A stretch of 54,260 nt of DNA, taken from assembly GCA_031414595.1 (NCBI GenBank), contig JANNVX010000055.1, forward strand, positions 1 to 54,260, in the 5' to 3' direction. Origin of the DNA: Deinococcales bacterium. Lineage in GTDB: Bacteria; Deinococcota; Deinococci; Deinococcales; JAAFIG01. Under the pieces are notes generated by a model. That model was not told where the DNA came from. It made no database searches and saw only the letters and a program-made list of their open reading frames with translations. Below are positions 9,295-20,200 of the stretch, in pieces. Within the stretch, counting starts at the first letter, position 1; every line of letters starts with the position of its first letter. The translations under genes and the position numbers were made by a program.

Positions 9295-10491
9295 TCATTT
9301 GTGTTTTAGCTCTGGCAATTCCTCAGCATTTTGCAAAATGTCGTTCCAGATATAGCCAGCCGCGCCAATGGCGCAAGCATTTGTACCAAAAGCACACGGC
9401 TGGAGGCGGATGGTTCTAAATTCATCACCAAATAAGCGTTTGTGAATTTCTTTCTCAGCTGGCTCGAGAACCGCGTGGCTGAGTTGGGCAAATGTACCGC
9501 CAACAATAATCAGTTTGGGGTCAAAGACATTGGCAAGGCTGCCCAAAAAAATCCCGAGGTACATGCCGGCTTTGTTGGTGATGCGCTGTACCGTTGGGTC
9601 TTGTTGCTCTAGTTTCTCGAGAAAGGTTTCTATGCAAATGCTTTGTTTGGTTTCTTTTTGGTAGCTGTCTAACAATGCCCATAAGCTAAAGAGGGTTTCG
9701 GCGCAGCCTTGGTTGCCGCAGGAACAGCGTGAGCCGTTGGGCAAGACCGTCATGTGTCCAATTTCGCCGGCAAAACCGTGCCTGCCTCGGTAGAGCTTGT
9801 GTCCTAGGATTAAACCGCCGCCAATTCCAGTTTCGATATAGAGGTACAGCAGGTCGGCACTTTGTTTGTTTTGTCCAAACATGTACTCGGCAAAAATAGC
9901 AAAATTTGCGTCGTTGTCTACCTGTAAATTTTTTATCTCTGGGATGCGTTCGGAAATCATCGTTTGTAAGGCAATCCGTTTCCAACCCAAGTTAGGGGCA
10001 TGTTGTACCAATCCTTGGCTGATGTCTACAGGTCCTGGGACTCCTACCCCCAAACCCAGAATCGTGCGCTTCTCGAGGCTTGGGTCTTGGCAGATGGCTT
10101 TAATCTTTTGTTCAAGGTGGTCAAGCGCATAAGAAACGTTGCGGTAATCACCATGACTTTGTTGTTGAGTAATGATTTTCCCGTAAGCATCTACCGCCAC
10201 AAGGTTGATTTCACGGACCCTGATTTCTGCGCCGAGCATCACAAAATTTTGGGTGTTTAAGCGCAATGGAATGGTCGGTCTTCCCGGTGTGGTGGTGGTG
10301 TCGCTACTTCCACTGCTCAGCCAGCCGCTTTCTTCAAGTTCGGCAACGCTTTGGGTGACGGTGCTTTTGGTAATACCGATGCGTTCCGCCACGGCGCTTC
10401 TCGAGATACCCGGTTCTGCCCAGACAAGGCGCAAGGTGGAATTGCGGTTGAGTCGTTTAAGTAAGTTTTTTTCTCCGGCGATGCCACGCAT
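9295..10491 (-). CDS. xylR: ROK-family transcriptional repressor (XylR-like)
   Basis: N-terminal HTH (ISRSAVAERIGITKSTVT), ROK motifs GIGGG and GEIGH..V.PNG..CSCGNQGC.E; divergent from the xylose ABC operon. Confidence 0.85.
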   Translation of the reverse strand: MRGIAGEKNLLKRLNRNSTLRLVWAEPGISRSAVAERIGITKSTVTQSVAELEESGWLSSGSSDTTTTPGRPTIPLRLNTQNFVMLGAEIRVREINLVAVDAYGKIITQQQSHGDYRNVSYALDHLEQKIKAICQDPSLEKRTILGLGVGVPGPVDISQGLVQHAPNLGWKRIALQTMISERIPEIKNLQVDNDANFAIFAEYMFGQNKQSADLLYLYIETGIGGGLILGHKLYRGRHGFAGEIGHMTVLPNGSRCSCGNQGCAETLFSLWALLDSYQKETKQSICIETFLEKLEQQDPTVQRITNKAGMYLGIFLGSLANVFDPKLIIVGGTFAQLSHAVLEPAEKEIHKRLFGDEFRTIRLQPCAFGTNACAIGAAGYIWNDILQNAEELPELKHK

Positions 10492-10523
10492 GAAACTCCT
10501 GAATCAAGAGGCTATTTTTTTAA

Positions 10524-10544
10524 TTAGTTCGTTGATTGAATTAA
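10524..10544. promoter_or_regulatory. Putative ROK/XylR operator 1
   Basis: TTAGTTCG-N5-TGAATTAA, an imperfect palindrome that matches a second site at 10724. Confidence 0.55.
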
Positions 10545-10657
10545 AGATACCTGATTATTTGTATTTCGGCAAGCCTCAAGCTCTAAATGCCAATTTTTGG
10601 TTTGTGCCAATTTTCTCGAGAGATACGGTCTTTTACGGTCACATTTGCACCAAGTCT

Positions 10658-10681
10658 ATTCTCGTAACCGATTACGAGAAT
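10658..10681. promoter_or_regulatory. Perfect palindrome, putative LacI-family operator
   Basis: ATTCTCGTAA-CCGA-TTACGAGAAT (10-bp arms) directly upstream of the -35 box. Confidence 0.55.
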
Positions 10682-10690
10682 CCTACCCTC

Positions 10691-10720
10691 TTGACAAAGG
10701 TTATAAGCTCGAGTTACCTT
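10691..10720 (+). promoter_or_regulatory. Putative sigma70 promoter of the xylFHG operon
   Basis: TTGACA-N18-TACCTT. Confidence 0.55.
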
Positions 10721-10723
10721 TAT

Positions 10724-10744
10724 TTTGTTCGAGAAACGAATGAA
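10724..10744. promoter_or_regulatory. Putative ROK/XylR operator 2
   Basis: TTTGTTCG-N5-CGAATGAA, overlapping the predicted +1 of the xylF promoter. Confidence 0.55.
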
Positions 10745-10895
10745 TTCATCTGTGCCATTTTTTGGGACTAACCATCAGCTTGCCTAATCGGGTATACTCG
10801 AGGTATCGCTTCCAGCAAATGAACAGCAATCCCTCTGATTGGAGGATGTTGTCGCCACGGCATGAACGAAGCGTTCCCAACCTGAGGAGGTTGTT

Positions 10896-11954
10896 ATGAA
10901 GAAATGGCAATTAGGAGCAATTGGTGCGTTATCCCTTGGTTTACTCGGTGGGGTTTACTTGGGAGCAACTGCCCAAACAATGGATAAAGTTGTGGTCGGC
11001 GTAAGCTGGTCAAACTTCCAAGAAGAACGCTGGAAGACCGACGAAGCCGCCATCAAAAGTGCATTAGCCGCAGCAGGTGCAGAATACGTCAGCACCGACG
11101 CACAATCGAGCGCCGAAAAGCAAGTCAACGATGTCAACACCCTGATTTCACGTGGTGCAAAAGCAATTATTTTGCTCGCCCAGGATAAGGATGCCATCGG
11201 ACCAGCTATCGAAGCTGCCAAAGCTGCAAAAATCCCAGTCCTCGCGTATGACCGTTTGGTCGAAGACCCATATGCTTACTACTTGACCTTCGATAACGTT
11301 GAAGTTGGGCGTATCATGGCTCGTGAAGTCCAAAAAGTTCGCCCAAGTGGTAACTACGTCTTTATTCGCGGCGACCCAGGCGATGCCAATGCTACTTTTG
11401 TTTACAATGGTCAAATCGAAGTCCTGAGCGCTGCCATCAAAGCTGGACGAATCAAGAACGTTGCCGAACAAGCTACCGAAGGCTGGAAGCCAGAAAATGC
11501 ACAACGCAACATGGAACAAATCCTGACCCGTATCAACAACAAAGTTGATGCCGTCATGAGCAGCAACGACGGTATGGCAGGTGGCGCAGTTGCAGCCCTT
11601 GCAGCCGTTAAATTGGCTGGTAAAGTGGCAGTTTCGGGTCAAGACGGCGACCTTGGTGCGCTTAACCGCGTTGCCCTCGGCACACAAACCGTTTCGGTCT
11701 GGAAAGATTCACGCGCTCTTGGTAAGTCGGCTGGCGAAATTGCTTTGGCACTGGCTAAAGGCACAGCCCCTAGCGCCATCAAAGGCACAAAAGTCTTCAA
11801 TGGTGGTCCAAAGAAAGTCGCTATGAACTCGACTTTGCTTGCACCAGTTGGTATTACCCGCAAAAACTTGAACGTTGTCCTCGATGCCAAATGGATTTCT
11901 AAAGATGTCCTTTGCAAAGGTGTAAACAAAGTTCTCGTCGCAGTTTGTAAGTAA
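10896..11954 (+). CDS. xylF: D-xylose ABC transporter substrate-binding protein
   Basis: [41 protein letters not shown]; strong RBS GAGGAGG. Confidence 0.9.
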   Translation: MKKWQLGAIGALSLGLLGGVYLGATAQTMDKVVVGVSWSNFQEERWKTDEAAIKSALAAAGAEYVSTDAQSSAEKQVNDVNTLISRGAKAIILLAQDKDAIGPAIEAAKAAKIPVLAYDRLVEDPYAYYLTFDNVEVGRIMAREVQKVRPSGNYVFIRGDPGDANATFVYNGQIEVLSAAIKAGRIKNVAEQATEGWKPENAQRNMEQILTRINNKVDAVMSSNDGMAGGAVAALAAVKLAGKVAVSGQDGDLGALNRVALGTQTVSVWKDSRALGKSAGEIALALAKGTAPSAIKGTKVFNGGPKKVAMNSTLLAPVGITRKNLNVVLDAKWISKDVLCKGVNKVLVAVCK

Positions 11955-11966
11955 GCACTTAAAGCT

Positions 11967-11997
11967 GCGGGCGGATACGCACAGCGTGTCCGCCCGT
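11967..11997 (+). other. GC-rich intercistronic hairpin after xylF (mRNA stabiliser or partial terminator)
   Basis: GCGGGCGGATACGC-ACA-GCGTGTCCGCCCGT. Confidence 0.6.
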
Positions 11998-12019
11998 TTC
12001 AATTGAATTTGAGGTTTTT

Positions 12020-13249
12020 ATGCAGAACGCACAAACAAATCGCCCCAAGTCGTTGCTCGCCAGTCTGGGTGTGGATATTCAATTGCTCACCTTGATCTTG
12101 GCATTGGTTGCGGTCTGGGTTGGCTTTCAAATTTGGAGTGGGGGTATTTTTTTATCGCCACGTAACTTATGGACACTCACCGCCCAAACTGCTGTGGTTG
12201 GCATTATGGTTGGCGGGATGGTTCTGGTCATCGTGGCTCGGCAAATTGACCTTGGTGTCGGCAGTGTGCTTGGTTTTACCGCCATGATTATGGCGGTGCT
12301 GCAAGCCTCTGCCCCGATGGGTCTTAATTTACCGTGGGTACTAGCAATGCTGGTTGGGATTGCGGTTGGCGTACTGATTGGCGCGTTTAACGGCTACTTG
12401 TCGGCGTTCTGGGGTGTTCCAGCTTTTGTGGTCACGCTGGCTGGAATGTTGGTTTTCAGGAATGGCACTTTTAGCGTCTCGAGTTTTACAATTGCTCCGC
12501 TCGACCCGACTTTTCAGATTCTCGGTGGTGGAATCAACGGTTCGATTGGCGAATTATGGACTTGGGTTTTTGGCATTGCTGCCAGTTTACTGGTGGTTTG
12601 GCAAACGATTACTGGGCGTACCAGACGACAAAAAAATGGTTTTGATGTTCGTCCAATGTGGTCTGAAGCCTTGGTGCTTGGTGTAACTGTGGCTTTAATT
12701 CTGGCTTTTGCAGCTGTCATGAACAGTTATCCAATTCCAGGTACAGGTATAGATAACATTCCGGCGGTTGCCAGTGGAATGCCAGTGCCGACTTTAATTG
12801 CTTTGGCAGTGCTTGGCTACTTAAATTGGATGACCAGGGCTACCCGCTTTGGACGCTATATCTTTGCTATCGGTGGCAATCCAGAAGCAGCCAACTTAGC
12901 CGGAATTAACGTCAAAATGATGATGGTCTACATTTTTGCTTTAATGGGTTTTTTGACCGCCATTGCGGCGGCTGTACAAGCTGCCCGTCTGAACAGTGCC
13001 ACACCAACCGTCGGACGTGATTTAGAACTGACCGTGATTGCGGGTGCAGTGATTGGCGGCACGGTCTTGTCTGGTGGAAGCGGTACAATTCTAGGGGCTG
13101 CCCTTGGAGCGCTTTTAATGTCCAGTCTCGAGAACGGCTTGGGCTTAGTTGGGGTTCGTACTGAACAACAAAAAATTTACTTGGGTATTGTGCTGCTGGT
13201 GGCGGTACTTTGGAATGTGATCAGTACCCGTCGTAAAGGAGGCAGATGA
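12020..13249 (+). CDS. xylH: Xylose ABC transporter permease
   Basis: Hydrophobic; [33 protein letters not shown] motifs. Confidence 0.9.
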   Translation: MQNAQTNRPKSLLASLGVDIQLLTLILALVAVWVGFQIWSGGIFLSPRNLWTLTAQTAVVGIMVGGMVLVIVARQIDLGVGSVLGFTAMIMAVLQASAPMGLNLPWVLAMLVGIAVGVLIGAFNGYLSAFWGVPAFVVTLAGMLVFRNGTFSVSSFTIAPLDPTFQILGGGINGSIGELWTWVFGIAASLLVVWQTITGRTRRQKNGFDVRPMWSEALVLGVTVALILAFAAVMNSYPIPGTGIDNIPAVASGMPVPTLIALAVLGYLNWMTRATRFGRYIFAIGGNPEAANLAGINVKMMMVYIFALMGFLTAIAAAVQAARLNSATPTVGRDLELTVIAGAVIGGTVLSGGSGTILGAALGALLMSSLENGLGLVGVRTEQQKIYLGIVLLVAVLWNVISTRRKGGR

Positions 13250-13998
13250 TGACCCCGATGATTGAAATGAACAACATCTCCTTGCGTTTCGGCGGAAATC
13301 AAGCCCTCGATGATGTCTCGGTCAATTTGTACCCCGGTGAGGTTGTGGGCTTACTCGGGCATAACGGGGCTGGTAAGAGTACCTTGATTAAAGTTTTATC
13401 GGGCGCATACCAAGCCGATTCTGGTGAAATTAAAATTGAAGGCAAGCATGTTGAAATTAAAAGCCCGCAAGACTCACAACGCCACGGGGTCGAAACGATT
13501 TACCAAACGCTGGCTTTAGCCGACAACTTGGACGCAGTTGCCAATGTCTTTTTGGGACGCGAGAAGGTCAACGGGTTTGTACTGTCCGAAGACGACATGG
13601 AAGTCGAAGCCCGTAAAGTGCTTGACCGCTTGCGGGTAAAAATCCCGAGTTTACGTGTCCCCGTGCAGAACATGAGCGGTGGTCAACGCCAAACGGTCGC
13701 CATTGCCAGAGCCGTCTATTTCAAAGCCAAAGTGCTGATTATGGACGAACCAACGGCGGCGCTTGGACCCGAAGAAACCTCGAAGGTCTCGGAACTCATC
13801 GCTGCCCTAAAAGCCGAAGGGGTCGGGATTTTTTTAATCAGCCACGACCTACACGATGTTTTTGATTTAGCAGACCGTTGTACAGTCATGAAGAACGGTA
13901 AAGTTGTCGGTACAGTCAACACCAAAGATGTGACCCAAGACCAAGTTTTGGGGATGATTATCGGTGGCGTGATGCCAGACGTGCCGAACGCCACATAA
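13246..13998 (+). CDS. xylG: Sugar ABC transporter ATP-binding protein (single domain)
   Basis: [26 protein letters not shown]. Confidence 0.9.
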   Translation: MMTPMIEMNNISLRFGGNQALDDVSVNLYPGEVVGLLGHNGAGKSTLIKVLSGAYQADSGEIKIEGKHVEIKSPQDSQRHGVETIYQTLALADNLDAVANVFLGREKVNGFVLSEDDMEVEARKVLDRLRVKIPSLRVPVQNMSGGQRQTVAIARAVYFKAKVLIMDEPTAALGPEETSKVSELIAALKAEGVGIFLISHDLHDVFDLADRCTVMKNGKVVGTVNTKDVTQDQVLGMIIGGVMPDVPNAT

Positions 13999-14017
13999 TA
14001 CTTACAGCGTAAAAACC

Positions 14018-14056
14018 AGATGCAGTGCGCCAATGCCAAATTTGCACACTGCATCT
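14018..14056. terminator. Hairpin after xylG
   Basis: AGATGCAGTG...CACTGCATCT, flanked by A-tracts. Confidence 0.45.
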
Positions 14057-14191
14057 CAAAAAAATCTGCCATACTAAAAGTCAATCAATTTTTGCAAAGC
14101 AACCCCAGCCTCATCTCGAGACCTGAATCCTTTGTTTGAAATTGAGCGCGTTGGCAATCGGCTCGAGACCACTTCAAAAGGGGTATTTACC

Positions 14192-15238
14192 ATGCGTCAT
14201 TGGAAAAAGATATTGGGAATTGGTGCTTTTGCCGCCTTTAGCAGCTTGATTGTCAGTCAAGCCCAACAGAATAAACTTATTATTGGGGTCAGTTGGAGTA
14301 ATTTCCAAGAAGAACGTTGGCGCACCGATGAAGCGGCAATGGGACAAGTGGTGGCATTTGCAAGGGGAGAACTGGTCAGTACCGATGCCCAAGCCTCGAG
14401 TGAAAAGCAACTCAATGACATTGACACCCTCATTTCTAAAAAAGTAAATGCTTTAATCATTCTAGGGGTGGACAAAGACGCTATTTTACCCGCGATTGCC
14501 AAAGCCAAAGCTGCTAAAATCCCAGTGATTGCTTATGACCGGTTAATCGAAGAAGCCAGTGTTTTTTACCTGACCTTTGATAATGTCGAAGTTGGACGGA
14601 TGCAGGCTCGAGAAGTCCTGAAAGTCAAACCCAAAGGCAATTATGTCTTTGTTAAAGGTGATCCAGGCGACCCAAACAGTGTTTTTTTACACGGCGGGCA
14701 ACTCGAGGTGCTAAACCCAAGTATTAAACGCGGTGATATTAAAGTGGTCGGTGAACAATTTACCGAAGGTTGGAAACCCGAAAATGCACAGCGCATCATG
14801 GAACAAATGCTGACCCGCAACGCCAATAAAATAGATGCCGTGGTCGCCAGTAACGATGGTATGGCAGGTGGCGCAGTGGCAGCCCTGACCAGTGTTGGTT
14901 TGGCAGGTAAAGTGGCGGTTTCTGGACAAGATGGTGATTTGGCTGCCCTGAACCGTGTGGCAAGAGGAACTCAAACCGTCTCGGTTTGGAAAGATGCCCG
15001 TTCGCTTGGCAGAAGAGCAGGTGAAGTTGCTTTACAGTTGGCTCGAGGTGTGGCGGTCGAAAAAATTCCTGGGCGTGCTATTTTTAGCAAAGGTCCAAAT
15101 AAGGTCAAAATGAACTCGATCTTCTTAAAACCGAGTCCGATTACCAAGACAAATCTTAAAGTGGTCTTGGAAGCCAAATGGATTAGTAAAGCGGTTCTTT
15201 GTGAAGGTGTGAGCAGTGCTGTACCAGAATGTAAATAA
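14192..15238 (+). CDS. xylF: Second xylose-type ABC substrate-binding protein (xylF paralog)
   Basis: Aligns over its whole length with 10896..11954. Start placed at ATG 14192 (MRHWKK signal peptide). Confidence 0.85.
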   Translation: MRHWKKILGIGAFAAFSSLIVSQAQQNKLIIGVSWSNFQEERWRTDEAAMGQVVAFARGELVSTDAQASSEKQLNDIDTLISKKVNALIILGVDKDAILPAIAKAKAAKIPVIAYDRLIEEASVFYLTFDNVEVGRMQAREVLKVKPKGNYVFVKGDPGDPNSVFLHGGQLEVLNPSIKRGDIKVVGEQFTEGWKPENAQRIMEQMLTRNANKIDAVVASNDGMAGGAVAALTSVGLAGKVAVSGQDGDLAALNRVARGTQTVSVWKDARSLGRRAGEVALQLARGVAVEKIPGRAIFSKGPNKVKMNSIFLKPSPITKTNLKVVLEAKWISKAVLCEGVSSAVPECK

Positions 15239-15255
15239 GTTCTAAACTAATAGCC

Positions 15256-16575
15256 ATGCTCAATTTTAAGAACAGGCAACCCGTAGACCTTGGCGCATTG
15301 GGTGAAATCCCCACCGTACCCACTTCGGTTTTTCAAAATCGCTTTAAGAACTTTTTAGCTGCCCTCGAGACCAATCATCTCGAGGCAGTTTGTGTTTACG
15401 CTGACCGTGAACATGCTGCTAATCTGCTTTGGCTAACTGGGTTTGCACCGCGTTTTGAAGAAGCCCTATTGGTTGTGGTCAAAGGCAAAAAACCAGTCTT
15501 GCTGCTCGGTAATGAAAACATCGAGTATGCAAGACTGGTCGTACAAATAGACCTCGAGATTGTGTTGTACCAAGATTTTTCTTTGCCCGACCAAGACCGC
15601 AGTCAGCACATAACACTCGAGACATTGCTGCAAAAAGCGGGTTTAGGGCGTGGCATGGTCTGTGCCACCATCGGCTGGAAACCAATGACGGCTTTGGATG
15701 TGCCGCACTGGATTATCGAGGCAATACTCAAAGTTACGGGGAATCTCCCAAACAATGCCACGCATTTGCTGATGAGTGCCGAAGCTGGTTTACGCAGTCT
15801 TCTCGAGCCAGAGATGATTTTATTTGCTGAGTACGCGGCTCGAGTTAGCAGCCAAGCGGTCTATTCGGCGCTTGGGTCGCTTAAAATCGGGGTTTCTGAA
15901 CGCGAAATCTCGAATTTTTTCTTGGCGCATGGCTTAGAACAGGCTTGTCATCCAATGGTGAATTTTGGGCAGGCTATCCCTAGTGGGTTGGGCAGTCCTC
16001 GCAACCGACAACTCTTTTCTGGCGGCTATGCACAACTGGCTTTTGGGGTGCTGGGCAGTTTAACCTGTCGGGCGGGACGCACGATGACCCATCAGCATCC
16101 AGATGCCGACGATTACCTTGGGCTGCTCGAGAATTACTTAAGCACAGTTCGGACTTGGTATGCTTGCCTGCGTGTTGGGGCGCTTGGCTCGAGTGTGCTG
16201 GCTGCCACCCAAGCGGCAATTTTACCGACTTGGCAATTGGCACTCAATCCCGGACACCTGATTTCTTATGACGAATGGCTCTCGAGTCCGTTTAAGGCTG
16301 GTGGAATGGTGCTGCGTTCTGGCATGGCAATCCAACAAGATTTAATCCCCGTGCCAAAAAACAGTCCTGCTGTGATCAATATGGAAGATGGTTTGGTACT
16401 TGCTGATGCCGACTTACGCGCTCGACTCGAGCCGAGTTTGTTAATTCGTTGCCAGAAACGCCGTGCTTGGATGGCAGACCTCGGCTATGAACTACACGAA
16501 GATGTGCTACCGCTTTCGGATATTGCGGGGATGTGCTTTCCGTTTTTACTCGAGCCAAACTGGGTGGCGGTCTAG
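15256..16575 (+). CDS. M24-family Xaa-Pro aminopeptidase-like protein (creatinase N-terminal domain)
   Basis: VYADREH.AN..WLTGF.PRFEEALL, LNPGHLISYDEW, GMAIQ.D.IP, NMEDG. Confidence 0.75.
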   Translation: MLNFKNRQPVDLGALGEIPTVPTSVFQNRFKNFLAALETNHLEAVCVYADREHAANLLWLTGFAPRFEEALLVVVKGKKPVLLLGNENIEYARLVVQIDLEIVLYQDFSLPDQDRSQHITLETLLQKAGLGRGMVCATIGWKPMTALDVPHWIIEAILKVTGNLPNNATHLLMSAEAGLRSLLEPEMILFAEYAARVSSQAVYSALGSLKIGVSEREISNFFLAHGLEQACHPMVNFGQAIPSGLGSPRNRQLFSGGYAQLAFGVLGSLTCRAGRTMTHQHPDADDYLGLLENYLSTVRTWYACLRVGALGSSVLAATQAAILPTWQLALNPGHLISYDEWLSSPFKAGGMVLRSGMAIQQDLIPVPKNSPAVINMEDGLVLADADLRARLEPSLLIRCQKRRAWMADLGYELHEDVLPLSDIAGMCFPFLLEPNWVAV

Positions 16576-16651
16576 GGTATTTGAAGCGATTCTCGAGTAA
16601 GCCGCACTGGTCTTGAGCAAATCTGAGTAGGTTTGTACTACAATCATCTTT

Positions 16652-17200
16652 ATGCCAGCCATTCTCGAACGAATAATTAGTACCGAACAATACCTCGAGT
16701 TAGAACGCTGTTCCGAGGAGCGCCATGAATACGTGGATGGTGAATTACGTTTTATGGCTGGTGAGAGCATTGACCATGAGCAAATCGTTTTGAATTTGGT
16801 GGAAAAACTGCGCCCAATTGCTCGAGCCAAAGGCTGCCGATTTTTAACCAAAACAATTAAAGCAAAGGTTAGAAACACCAAGTATCGCTATCCAGACATC
16901 ATGATTGTTTGTACGCCGCGTCTGGACAAGTATATTGAAGACTCGCCGTGTTTTCTGCTCGAGGTGGTTTCGCCAAATTCGGACAGTACCGACCGTGGCG
17001 AAAAACTCGAGGAGTATACTCGAATCGCATCAGTGCAGCGTTATGTTCTACTCGAGCAGAGCCGAATTTTTGCGACTGTGTACCGCCGAGAACACGACCA
17101 ATGGGTGGTGGATTTTCTCGAGGGCGATGATTTATTAGAAGTGCCGTGTCTCGAGACCAGTGTCAAATTAGCTGATTTATACGCCGAAGTCGAATTTTAA
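16652..17200 (+). CDS. Uma2 (DUF820) family putative endonuclease
   Basis: EYLELE..SEERHEYVDG...MAG.S..H, YPDI, LEVVSP, DRGEKL.EY. Confidence 0.92.
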   Translation: MPAILERIISTEQYLELERCSEERHEYVDGELRFMAGESIDHEQIVLNLVEKLRPIARAKGCRFLTKTIKAKVRNTKYRYPDIMIVCTPRLDKYIEDSPCFLLEVVSPNSDSTDRGEKLEEYTRIASVQRYVLLEQSRIFATVYRREHDQWVVDFLEGDDLLEVPCLETSVKLADLYAEVEF

Positions 17201-17221
17201 TAACCTTACTTTGCTACAGTT

Positions 17222-20200
17222 TTAAGTGGCTTTGTGTACATTTGTAGTAAATGGAAATCCAGCTTCTTTGGCTTCGTTTATGGTTACTATTCCCCAGTAC
17301 ATTTGCTTTTCGCTTGGCGGTTCTTTATTGGCTGCACGGATACCAAGACTAAATGCTAATTTTCGTTGAAATGGATTGAGATAATTATTTTTCTTCGCCC
17401 ATGTCGCCAATTGAAACCACGTATCTGACGATAAACTCAGTAATTCTTTTTGTTCAGCAAGAGATGGTGTCGGAAGTTGTGGCTTCAGATGTTTGGGATT
17501 ATCACTTTTTGTGGCTCTAATACGTCGAGCTTGGGGTTTGTCGGGCTGAGTAGTAGGTTCGAGTTCTGGAATCTTTTCGATGTGAATAGTTTTTATTCGA
17601 GGCAAGAATGCTGGTGTGGGCTTTTTGGCTGTGATTACAGATTTCGATACCAAAATATCAGTTACAATTGTTTCAATAAGTTTCTCACGGACAATTTCAA
17701 GCTCTAATGCCAAAGAATCGGTTGGCGTTGTTTCGACTGATAATTTAGTCTTATTGTCTAACACAGTATTTTCTATACTTTCTTCTGGTTTTATAGCCAA
17801 AGAATCGTAAACTTGAGGTTTTATCCCAGAACGCTCAAGGGTTATCCATAAATCTTCTAGTGCTGCCTTTGGGTCTCGGTAAAAGGTGCTGCCACGCACG
17901 CGCCAAAATTGATACCCTGCTCGCTCGAGGTCACGTTGACGTGCCATATCAGATGCGTATTGTTCCGCACCATGCCATCGGTCTCCATCACATTCGACAG
18001 CAAGTCTGCCATTAAGACCTTCCACAATCAGGTCTATTCGATAATTACTGACTTCAAACTGAGGCATAACGCGGAAGCCTCGGCGGGTAATCTCGAGAAA
18101 AACTGCGACTTCAAACCAACTGTCAAAAGGCTCAGGTGCATTTTCATTTTTGTGGGGGTCACGTATTTTTTCTTCTAGCTCGGCAATTGAAATTCCAGCG
18201 ATTGAAATGGTTTCTACTCGAGGATTCTGACAATATGATAAGAATTTGTGGCGCAAGCAATCAGGTTTTAACTCGTGTGGCTCTACAGAATGGAATAACC
18301 ACATTTGCTCTTTAGCACGACTTGCAGCAACGTTATATCGTCTCTCAGCTTTTGCGTCGGTTTGGGCTGTTAGGCGCTTACCAGCTTCAGGTGCTTTAAC
18401 CATTGAAATAAACATCACATCTCGCTCATCGCCTTGAAAAGCGTAAGCATCACCGCAAACAATTTGTCGTTTTTCAATTTCAGCAATACTCAAATGCTCT
18501 CTTAGGCGTTGTTCTATCAGTCGTGCTTGAGCTTCACCCAGTAAGCTGATGACTCCAAAAGTTTTGCCTAGATACTGTGGGTCTTGATTGCACTCGAGAA
18601 TTTTTTGAATCACTGCATCTATTTCGGGTTGGTTGACCACATTACCCGACAAGCCTTTGTTATAACCGTCTCTGACAAAATGTGTACCAACCACTGGATT
18701 CAAACGATTTGCACCGAATTGTTTAAGCGGAATAAGTGGATTATCGCTGTAGCAAAGATTATTAGAGAATTGAATAATTTCCGGCATACACCGAAAGTGT
18801 TCAAGTAACCGAATCCGTCCCCCAAACAAGACCTCGGCGATTTCAAAATAACTGCTGTCGGCTGAACCAATGGTTTTAGAAATTGGCAAATCGTCAATAT
18901 GCTGTTCTCTTAGCGCTTCAACATCCGTGTGGTTCAATCCAACGTTGTCTGGTTTGATTTGTTTATCATCTCCAACCACGATAATCTTTTTGGCAATATA
19001 ATTCAAAAATAAGGCTTCGGGTCCTGATTGGCTGGCTTCATCAATAATCACCACGTCAAACAAATCTGGCGCAAGCTGAAAGGACTCAGCAACTCGGTAG
19101 AGTGGCATAATCCAAGCTGGAATTGCACCCTGAGCGCTCTGCATGGCTTTTCGGGCAGTATTGCGCCACTGACCAGCATATTTTCCTGTACCTTTTCCGA
19201 CTTTAATTGTGGCTTGCTTCCATTCTAGTAATTTTTGGCGTTGTGCCTCGGTCATTCTATCCAAACAAGCAGTCCACGCTTTGAGTTCGGCAATTTTTAA
19301 CAGGGTAGTGCGAATCTCTTTACGGCAATGCTCGAGGTTATCACGTTGTTGTTTATCACGGCTTTGATTAGTTATTTGCTCAAACCATTCTTGGGCAACC
19401 CACCAATTCCAAGCTGCCTCAAAGTGATTCAAGTGTTTTTGCCAATACTCGAGTGACCCTGTTGACGCAAGTGCAATTGCCAATTTCGGGATATGGACTT
19501 GAAGGACTTTTAGTTGCTCCTGACGGCTGATATACTTTTTTTGACGCTCGGCAAAATCTTTGAGGTTTTGGTAATACATTTGATACTTGTCTGGGTTATT
19601 TTGCAAAATAGCTTCGTAGAGACGTTTTATTAGTGGATGGGCTGTCTCGAGCTTCGTTTCTTGTTCAAGCTGCTCTACTAATGTTTGAAAATGGTGTTTC
19701 TCTGAATCAAAATTATCTGCACATACCAACTGTTCCGTTTGGGCTTGCTCCAAGCGTTGACCATGATCTTTTCGGTATTTTAGTTCTGACATTATTTGTT
19801 GTTGTAGCTGCACTATTTCTTTGATGCTTTTCCAGTCGGGTATAGCGATTTGCGGCAATTCTAAAAAAATCTTTTTAACAGTCTGCAAAGGCGCTTGTAA
19901 CCCAATGATTTGTTTGAGGTGCTGATAAAACGCAGTCAATTGTATCCAACGCTGTAATGGCGTTCCGATTAGAGGTTTGGCAAAAGAACTCCAAGCTCGT
20001 TCAATTTTTTGAAGAGGTTCTTCAACTCCAATTAGGCGAATCAAATCACGCAATTTTTCTTTTGTATCACATGGTTTACCAACAATCCGAATCTCGGTAA
20101 CGTACCATGCTTTTTTCATCCAACTTGGACGAAAAAAAGCAACGCCAAAAGTTTTTCTATTTTCTAAATGGGTTAATAATGCCTTGGCATCTTCGCGGAT

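Noticed and set aside
10205-10771. 188-aa plus-strand ORF and many other short alternative-frame ORFs
   Set aside because: They are antisense or overlapping shadows of well-supported genes and show no family motifs.
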